From: Shigella phage SP21535
Direction: 5' to 3' (one strand)
DNA length: 64,000 nucleotides
Sequence record: PQ615101
The notes below the pieces were generated by a model, which saw only the letters and a program-made list of their open reading frames with translations, made no database searches and was not told where the DNA came from. This document shows positions 56,688-64,000 of this stretch, in pieces; position 1 is the stretch's first letter, and every line of letters starts with the position of its first letter. The position numbers and the translations under genes were made by a program.

Positions 56688-58115
56688 GTGGTAGAAATTA
56701 TTCTTTCTCATCTCATATTTGATCAAGCTTATTTTTCAAAAGTTTGGCCATATATGGATTCAGAATATTTTGAAAGTGGTCCAGCTAAAAATACATTCAA
56801 ATTAATTAAATCTCATGTCAATGAGTATCATAGCGTTCCATCTATTAATGCGTTAAATGTTGCATTAGAAAATAGTTCATTTACTGAAACAGAATATTCT
56901 GGTGTAAAAACACTTATTTCAAAACTGGCTGATTCTCCGGAAGACCACAGCTGGTTAGTAAAAGAAACAGAAAAATATGTTCAGCAAAGGGCGATGTTTA
57001 ATGCTACGTCTAAAATAATCGAAATTCAAACTAATGCTGAGCTTTCTCCGGAAAAACGAAATAAGAAAATGCCGGATGTTGGTGCTATTCCTGACATCAT
57101 GCGCCAAGCATTATCAATTTCATTTGATAGCTACGTTGGTCATGATTGGATGGATGACTACGAAGCACGTTGGCTATCTTATATGAATAAAGCTCGTAAG
57201 GTTCCATTTAAACTCAAAATTCTAAATAAAATTACTAAAGGCGGAGCTGAGACTGGAACACTGAACGTTTTAATGGCTGGTGTTAACGTTGGTAAGTCAT
57301 TAGGTCTATGTTCATTGGCAGCAGATTATTTGCAGCTCGGACATAATGTTCTTTACATTTCCATGGAAATGGCTGAAGAAGTTTGTGCTAAACGTATTGA
57401 CGCTAATATGCTTGATGTTTCTCTTGATGACATTGATGATGGGCATATTTCTTACGCTGAATATAAAGGAAAAATGGAAAAATGGCGTGAGAAATCTACT
57501 CTTGGTCGTTTAATCGTTAAACAGTATCCTACTGGTGGAGCAGATGCTAACACATTCAGGTCTCTCTTGAATGAATTGAAGCTCAAGAAGAATTTTGTTC
57601 CAACAATCATTATTGTCGACTATCTAGGTATTTGTAAATCTTGCCGCATTAGAATTTATTCAGAAAATAGTTACACAACTGTTAAAGCTATTGCAGAAGA
57701 ATTGCGTGCTCTGGCTGTTGAAACCGAAACTGTTCTTTGGACTGCAGCACAGGTTGGTAAACAAGCTTGGGATTCTTCTGATGTTAACATGAGTGATATT
57801 GCAGAATCCGCCGGTCTTCCAGCAACAGCCGATTTTATGCTTGCGGTCATTGAAACTGAGGAGTTAGCAGCTGCTGAACAACAACTCATTAAGCAAATCA
57901 AATCACGATATGGTGATAAGAATAAATGGAATAAGTTTTTGATGGGTGTTCAAAAAGGAAATCAAAAATGGGTAGAAATTGAGCAAGATTCTACTCCAAC
58001 TGAAGTGAACGAAGTAACAGGTTCACAACAGATACAAGCTGAGCAGAATCGCTATCAAAGAAATGAATCTACTCGAGCCCAGTTAGATGCTTTAGCAAAT
58101 GAATTAAAATTTTAG
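56688..58115 (+). CDS. 41: replicative DNA helicase gp41
   Basis: 475 aa as T4 gp41; GTG start behind AGGAG; Walker A GVNVGKS. Confidence 0.9.
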   Translation: MVEIILSHLIFDQAYFSKVWPYMDSEYFESGPAKNTFKLIKSHVNEYHSVPSINALNVALENSSFTETEYSGVKTLISKLADSPEDHSWLVKETEKYVQQRAMFNATSKIIEIQTNAELSPEKRNKKMPDVGAIPDIMRQALSISFDSYVGHDWMDDYEARWLSYMNKARKVPFKLKILNKITKGGAETGTLNVLMAGVNVGKSLGLCSLAADYLQLGHNVLYISMEMAEEVCAKRIDANMLDVSLDDIDDGHISYAEYKGKMEKWREKSTLGRLIVKQYPTGGADANTFRSLLNELKLKKNFVPTIIIVDYLGICKSCRIRIYSENSYTTVKAIAEELRALAVETETVLWTAAQVGKQAWDSSDVNMSDIAESAGLPATADFMLAVIETEELAAAEQQLIKQIKSRYGDKNKWNKFLMGVQKGNQKWVEIEQDSTPTEVNEVTGSQQIQAEQNRYQRNESTRAQLDALANELKF

Positions 58116-58144
58116 TTTACAAGCTGACAAGACTATGGTATAGT
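58115..58144 (+). promoter_or_regulatory. early promoter with -10 inside hairpin
   Basis: GTTTAC..CAAGACTA TGGTATAG TAGTCTTG, 8-bp perfect inverted repeat. Confidence 0.55.
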
Positions 58145-58172
58145 AGTCTTGTTGGTTAAATGAGGAGATGTT

Positions 58173-58355
58173 ATGGAATTGGTAAAGGTAGTTTTTATGG
58201 GGTGGTTTAAGAATAAAAGCATGTTTACTAAAGAAATCACAATGATGAAAGATGACGTTCAATGGGCTACTACTCAATATGCTGAAGTTAATAAAGCATT
58301 AGTTAAAGCTTTCATTGATGGCAAGAAAGTATGTGAAGTTGATTGTCGAGGGTAA
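58173..58355 (+). CDS. dmd: Dmd (antitoxin against RnlA/LsoA)
   Basis: 60 aa; near-identical to T4 Dmd as I recall it (MELVKVVFMGWFKNKSMFTKEITMMKDD..). Confidence 0.8.
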   Translation: MELVKVVFMGWFKNKSMFTKEITMMKDDVQWATTQYAEVNKALVKAFIDGKKVCEVDCRG

Positions 58356-58356
58356 T

Positions 58357-58614
58357 ATGCATATTGTTTTATTTAAACCTACTCCGTATAATGTCAGGAA
58401 AAATACTCAATTCAAAGCACTTGTTGCAGATACGTGGGAATTGGTGTTAGATATTCCACCAGAAGAAAGTCCTCCATTTGGTCGAGTGGAATTTATTAAG
58501 TTTGCTGTTCGCCCTACGAAGCGGCAGATTCGTCAGTGTAAAAGGTATTTTCGTAAGATCGTTAAGCTAGAGAAACAGTTTGTAACATGTGATTACGCAA
58601 AAGTTTTAAAATAA
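58357..58614 (+). CDS. hypothetical protein
   Basis: Track ORF 58315..58614 overlaps dmd; ATG 58357 behind GAGGG right after dmd stop. Confidence 0.5.
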   Translation: MHIVLFKPTPYNVRKNTQFKALVADTWELVLDIPPEESPPFGRVEFIKFAVRPTKRQIRQCKRYFRKIVKLEKQFVTCDYAKVLK

Positions 58615-58636
58615 CTGTTTACTTTTATTGGAAATT
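58607..58636 (+). promoter_or_regulatory. early promoter
   Basis: GTTTAC, 15 nt, AGATACTAT. Confidence 0.5.
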
Positions 58637-58675
58637 GAGATACTATATAAACATAAACTACTGAGGAGATTAATC

Positions 58676-58969
58676 ATGAAAAAATTTATCTTTGCTACAA
58701 TTTTTGCTTTAGCTTCTTGTGCTGCTCAGCCTGCTATGGCAGGTTATGATAAAGATTTGTGCGAATGGTCTATGACTGCGGATCAGACTGAGGTTGAAAC
58801 TCAAATTGAAGCGGATATTATGAATATCGTTGAACGTGATCGTCCTGAAATGAAAGCTGAAGTGCAAAAACAGCTTAAGTCTGGTGGTGTAATGCAGTAT
58901 AATTATGTTCTATATTGCGATAAAAACTTTAATAATAAAAATATCATCGCTGAAGTGGTAGGTGAGTAA
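58676..58969 (+). CDS. sp: Spackle-like periplasmic protein
   Basis: Track ORF 58628..58969; ATG 58676 behind GAGGAG; 97 aa with signal peptide, same size as T4 Sp. Confidence 0.65.
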   Translation: MKKFIFATIFALASCAAQPAMAGYDKDLCEWSMTADQTEVETQIEADIMNIVERDRPEMKAEVQKQLKSGGVMQYNYVLYCDKNFNNKNIIAEVVGE

Positions 58970-58981
58970 TTAGAGGTTAAT

Positions 58982-59338
58982 ATGTATAGTTCTGAATTTT
59001 CATATTTAAAAATGGAAAAAATTTCATACGATTTTATAGATGAAAAGGTTTATTACAGTTTCCATGAACCGCGTTTTAATAGTGAGGTTGGGTTTATTGT
59101 AGTAAAAGACAATTTCATTTTAAAAATATATTCAGCATTAAAGGATTTTCATTACGAAAATATTAACCTAAAATTTAATAAAGAAAACGTTCGTAATTGC
59201 GCAGTAACAATTACAGGAAATAAAGGTACATGTGTTATGCTATCTGATGAAATTAATGATTTGCTAAATGATGCAGAAAATATTACTGCACCATCTATTG
59301 ATGACCAAATTTTTAATGCTTTTATGAATAGAGGTTAA
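58982..59338 (+). CDS. hypothetical protein
   Basis: 118 aa ORF. Confidence 0.5.
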   Translation: MYSSEFSYLKMEKISYDFIDEKVYYSFHEPRFNSEVGFIVVKDNFILKIYSALKDFHYENINLKFNKENVRNCAVTITGNKGTCVMLSDEINDLLNDAENITAPSIDDQIFNAFMNRG

Positions 59339-59339
59339 T

Positions 59340-59504
59340 ATGAAAACATATAAAGAATTTATTAAAGAAGATATGGTAGCTGGAGATTCAGGTGGTAATC
59401 CTGAAAATATCTCTACTGGAACAACGTCAGGCGCTGTAGTAAATAAAGGTCCTGAACAGATTCCTAAAAAGAAAAAAGAGGAATCTAAAGAAAAAGAAGA
59501 GTAA
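59340..59504 (+). CDS. small acidic protein with capsid-targeting-like N-terminus
   Basis: 54 aa by manual translation; MKTYKEFIKED.. resembles the MKTYQEFIAEA targeting motif. Confidence 0.4.
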   Translation: MKTYKEFIKEDMVAGDSGGNPENISTGTTSGAVVNKGPEQIPKKKKEESKEKEE

Positions 59505-59507
59505 AAA

Positions 59508-60536
59508 ATGTCATCAATACCTTGGATTGATAATGAGTTTGCATATCGTGCGCTAGCTCATTTACCTAAATTCACACAAGTAAATAATAGTTCAACTTTT
59601 AAATTACGGTTTAGATGCCCTGTTTGTGGAGATTCAAAAACCGATCAAAATAAAGCCCGTGGATGGTATTATGGTGATAACAATGAAGGAAATATTCATT
59701 GTTATAACTGTAACTATCATGCACCAATCGGAATATATCTAAAGGAGTTTGAACCTGATTTATATCGTGAGTATATCTTTGAAATAAGAAAAGAAAAAGG
59801 TAAAAGTCGTCCAGTAGAAAAACCTAAAGAACTTCCTAAACAACCTGAGAAGAAAATAATTAAATCTCTTCCGTCATGTGTTAGATTAGATAAACTGGCG
59901 GAAGACCATCCAATTATAAAATATGTAAAAGCTCGTTGTATTCCAAAGGATAAATGGAAATATCTTTGGTTTACAACCGAATGGCCTAAATTGGTTAATA
60001 GCATAGTACCGGGAACATATAAAAAGGAAATTTCTGAGCCTCGTCTTGTTATTCCAATTTATAATGCTAATGGAAAGGCTGAGTCTTTTCAAGGACGCGC
60101 ATTAAAGAAAGATGCTCCACAAAAGTATATCACCATCAAAGCTTATCCTGAGGCAACAAAAATCTATGGAGTCGAACGAGTTAAAGATGGTGATGTATAT
60201 GTTCTAGAAGGACCTATAGATTCACTTTTTATTGAAAATGGTATAGCCATTACGGGTGGTCAATTAGACCTAGAAGTTGTTCCATTTAAAGATAGACGAG
60301 TGTGGGTCTTAGATAATGAACCTCGTCACCCTGACACTATTAAACGAATGACTAAATTAGTTGATGCAGGAGAAAGGGTTATGTTTTGGGATAAATCTCC
60401 CTGGAAATCAAAAGATGTTAATGATATGATTAGAAAGGAAGGTGCAACCCCTGAACAAATTATGGAATATATGAAAAATAATATTGCCCAGGGGTTAATG
60501 GCTAAAATGCGGTTATCTAAATATGCTAAGATTTAA
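59508..60536 (+). CDS. 61: DNA primase gp61
   Basis: 342 aa as T4 gp61; zinc ribbon CPVCGDS..CYNC; Toprim-like core. Confidence 0.9.
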   Translation: MSSIPWIDNEFAYRALAHLPKFTQVNNSSTFKLRFRCPVCGDSKTDQNKARGWYYGDNNEGNIHCYNCNYHAPIGIYLKEFEPDLYREYIFEIRKEKGKSRPVEKPKELPKQPEKKIIKSLPSCVRLDKLAEDHPIIKYVKARCIPKDKWKYLWFTTEWPKLVNSIVPGTYKKEISEPRLVIPIYNANGKAESFQGRALKKDAPQKYITIKAYPEATKIYGVERVKDGDVYVLEGPIDSLFIENGIAITGGQLDLEVVPFKDRRVWVLDNEPRHPDTIKRMTKLVDAGERVMFWDKSPWKSKDVNDMIRKEGATPEQIMEYMKNNIAQGLMAKMRLSKYAKI

Positions 60537-60733
60537 ATTAACCCAACTAAAGCAAATGCTAAATCTACGAATGTATCAAGAGTAACTACTGGAATACTAA
60601 CGCCATGAGCAATAGCAACTGGCGATAAAACAAAATTCCAAAGTAAAATTCCTATCATAGCAGAAATAGTAAAAGCTATACGTTTCTTATTACCTTTGAT
60701 GGCATTAACAAGTGCCATTAATTTTTGTACCAT
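60533..60733 (-). CDS. small membrane protein on the opposite strand
   Basis: 66 aa, two hydrophobic helices; strong SD AAGGAGG 4 nt before ATG; only intergenic minus-strand ORF in the early region. Confidence 0.5.
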   Translation of the reverse strand: MVQKLMALVNAIKGNKKRIAFTISAMIGILLWNFVLSPVAIAHGVSIPVVTLDTFVDLAFALVGLI

Positions 60734-60768
60734 ATGTCCTCCTTTAAATTAATATTTATCATAAATTT

Positions 60769-60798
60769 GTTTACTTTCTCAGCTTGTTATGGTATTAT
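60769..60798 (+). promoter_or_regulatory. early promoter with flanking inverted repeat
   Basis: GTTTAC..CTCAGC..TGGTATTAT..GCTGAG upstream of ATG 60824. Confidence 0.55.
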
Positions 60799-60823
60799 AA
60801 AATAAATTGCTGAGGATGATATA

Positions 60824-62163
<1,340 letters not shown>

Positions 62164-62223
62164 TTGCTTACATACTCAAATGATATAATTATTTAACTTA
62201 TTAATGAATTGAAAGGAAAACTA

Positions 62224-62742
62224 ATGGCTCACTTTAATGAATGCGCTCATTTGATCGAAGGTGTTGATAAAGCAAATCGTGCATATGCTGAGTATATTAT
62301 GCACAGTATTGACCCATTGCAGGTTATGCTTGACATGCAGCGGCATTTACAGATTCGTTTGGCTAATGATAAACCAGAAACAAATCGTCATCCCGATTCA
62401 CTTGAAACTGCAGGAGAAGTTCTTGCTTGGCTGCGAAACCAAGACGATTATATCGCAGACGAAACTCGCGAGTTATATACTTCTCTTGGTGGTATGAGTA
62501 ATGGTGAAAAAGAAGCTTCTGCTGTATGGAAACCTTGGAAGAAACGTTATTCTGAAATGCAATCCAAGAAAATTCAAGATTTATCTCCTGAAGATCAACT
62601 TGAAATTAAATTTGAACTGATTGATCAATTTCACTTTTTCATGAATAAATTCATTGCTCTTGGAATGTCAGCTGAAGAAATCTTTAAACTTTATTATCTG
62701 AAAAATGCTGAAAATTTCGCTCGTCAAGACCGAGGTTATTAA
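62224..62742 (+). CDS. 56: dCTPase/dUTPase gp56
   Basis: Track ORF 62209..62742; ATG 62224 behind AAAGGAAA gives 172 aa (T4 gp56 171 aa). Confidence 0.75.
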   Translation: MAHFNECAHLIEGVDKANRAYAEYIMHSIDPLQVMLDMQRHLQIRLANDKPETNRHPDSLETAGEVLAWLRNQDDYIADETRELYTSLGGMSNGEKEASAVWKPWKKRYSEMQSKKIQDLSPEDQLEIKFELIDQFHFFMNKFIALGMSAEEIFKLYYLKNAENFARQDRGY

Positions 62743-62942
62743 TGGCTCGTTTAAATAAACGTCAACTTAAGAAAGCCCACAAGAAACGTATTGACCAGCT
62801 ATTTAAAGATTATGACAAGGAGCTCACATATGAGCTCTTATCTAATCAGCTTCGTATGGTTGATTGGGTTGCAGAAGAAAGCCCTGACGAAATTTTTGTA
62901 AGTGAAGAAGCCTTAAAATTAATTATAGAGCATTCAAAATGA
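62742..62942 (+). CDS. hypothetical protein
   Basis: 66 aa ORF coupled to gene 56. Confidence 0.5.
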   Translation: MARLNKRQLKKAHKKRIDQLFKDYDKELTYELLSNQLRMVDWVAEESPDEIFVSEEALKLIIEHSK

Positions 62943-63112
62943 AAATATCCAAAGAAGAATTTATTAGACGTCAAAAAGCTTTAATTAATTTACATGAGTG
63001 GTATGCTTATCAACTTAAAGTAGATAGCTCTAACATAAATGCTGTAATGGCTTTATATAAACAAATTCAAGATGAGCATGAATTCCTGGCACAAGTTTTC
63101 ATTGAAGATTGA
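62939..63112 (+). CDS. small hypothetical protein
   Basis: 57 aa by manual translation (MKISKEEFIRRQKALINLHEW..). Confidence 0.4.
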   Translation: MKISKEEFIRRQKALINLHEWYAYQLKVDSSNINAVMALYKQIQDEHEFLAQVFIED

Positions 63113-63120
63113 TATAAATA
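63113..63120 (+). promoter_or_regulatory. late promoter TATAAATA for soc
   Basis: Exact TATAAATA 32 nt upstream of soc ATG. Confidence 0.6.
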
Positions 63121-63151
63121 CATCTGTAATTAAACAATAAAGGAGTTTATT

Positions 63152-63388
63152 ATGGGTGGTTTCGTTAACATCAAGACCTTTACTCATCCAGCGGGTGAAG
63201 GCAAAGAAGTTAAAGGTATGGAAGTTTCTGTTCCGTTTGAAATTTATTCTAACGAGCATCGTATTGCAGATTCTCATTATCAGACCTTTCCTTCTGAAAA
63301 GGCGGCATATTCTACTGTAGTTTCTGATGCAGCTGACTGGAAAACTAAGAATGCTGCAATGTTTACGCCTACAACAATAGGTGGTTAA
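63152..63388 (+). CDS. soc: small outer capsid protein Soc
   Basis: 78 aa; shares ..HYQTFPSEKAAYSTV.. with T4 Soc; late promoter upstream. Confidence 0.8.
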   Translation: MGGFVNIKTFTHPAGEGKEVKGMEVSVPFEIYSNEHRIADSHYQTFPSEKAAYSTVVSDAADWKTKNAAMFTPTTIGG

Positions 63389-63395
63389 TAATTCA

Positions 63396-63421
63396 AGGAC
63401 TCCTTCGGGAGTCCTTTTTTC
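63396..63421 (+). terminator. rho-independent terminator
   Basis: AGGACTCC-TTCG-GGAGTCCT followed by TTTTTTC. Confidence 0.8.
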
Positions 63422-63429
63422 ATTTTATG

Positions 63430-63459
63430 GTTTACTTTCCAAAATGAGTATGGTATAAT
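63430..63459 (+). promoter_or_regulatory. early promoter
   Basis: GTTTAC, spacer, TGGTATAAT. Confidence 0.6.
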
Positions 63460-63485
63460 AGAATTATCTTATAGAGGAGAGCACT

Positions 63486-63698
63486 ATGTTAAATCGTTGG
63501 ATTAAACCAAATGAAGACCTTCAGAAGGTTCTTGATAAAGCTATCTCTGATAAATGGGGTATGAAAAGCTGGGATTGTGATGTCGTCACGCATTCATTCA
63601 TGATGCATGCAGATGGTTCAGTCGAGTTCAATGCTGAAATGCGATATACTGACTGGGGTGGATTTCAAAGAGTCGAATTTCAAAGAGGCTTTTTGTAA
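63486..63698 (+). CDS. hypothetical protein
   Basis: 70 aa ORF behind GGAGAG SD. Confidence 0.5.
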   Translation: MLNRWIKPNEDLQKVLDKAISDKWGMKSWDCDVVTHSFMMHADGSVEFNAEMRYTDWGGFQRVEFQRGFL

Positions 63699-64000
63699 TG
63701 TTTATCTTTAATTGGTTTAAAAGTTTCTTTACGGATTTTTTCTCTACGACTCCTGGAGAAGGTGTAGTTCCTATTTCAAATGACTACCTTCCTTTAACTG
63801 TAGTTGAGTATGTTTATATGGGAGATGGAACAGTAGAAGCAGTTACTATGACTTATGAAGAAGCCCAAGAATATTATAAAAATCCTTGGCGCTGGTCAAC
63901 ACCTACTACATCATCTAACACACAGTCTAGTTCTGATTCATATGATACAAATGTCCCTGTTCATGTATGGGCAGGTGATTCATGCGGAAGTTCTTGTGAT
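63698..64000 (+). CDS. hypothetical protein, 5-prime part only; runs off window end
   Basis: ATG 63698 overlaps upstream stop (TAATG); open for 101 codons to the window edge. Confidence 0.45.
   Translation, partial: MFIFNWFKSFFTDFFSTTPGEGVVPISNDYLPLTVVEYVYMGDGTVEAVTMTYEEAQEYYKNPWRWSTPTTSSNTQSSSDSYDTNVPVHVWAGDSCGSSCD

Overview
This window is a ~64 kb segment of a T-even (T4-like) coliphage genome, collinear with phage T4 from the baseplate genes 5/53 to soc. It is not T4 itself: the lysozyme differs from the T4 sequence I recall at three residues, and several loci carry different content. All identifications are from reading the sequence and the ORF track against remembered T4 proteins; no database search was run. 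Recognised in order: genes 5, 53, 4, 2, 3, 1, 57A, 57B, ipI-like, eight tRNAs interrupted by segB, e, nudE, regB, vs, tk, rI, nrdC, 49, nrdD (group I intron with I-TevII), nrdG, 55, a-gt, 47, 46, rpbA, 45, 44, 62, regA, 43, imm, 42, uvsX, 40, 41, dmd, sp, 61, dam, 56, soc. Early and middle genes are on the + strand behind repeated GTTTAC-N15-TGnTAnnAT promoters; late genes carry TATAAATA boxes. The strongest candidate for something new is uvsX: the recombinase gene is broken into two ORFs whose junction-proximal ends look like the N and C halves of a split mini-intein, with a free-standing GIY-YIG endonuclease gene between them. Second is a PD-(D/E)xK nuclease-like ORF translationally coupled to the front of dam. 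Other observations: a capsid-targeting-sequence gene in a terminator-flanked late cassette, two genes broken by frameshifts at homopolymer runs, macro-domain and nucleotidyltransferase-like ORFs, a PspA-like protein, tandem paralogue arrays, and a non-T4 glycosyltransferase at the beta-gt locus. Coordinates for tRNAs, promoters, terminators and small ORFs were placed by eye and may be off by 1-2 nt.
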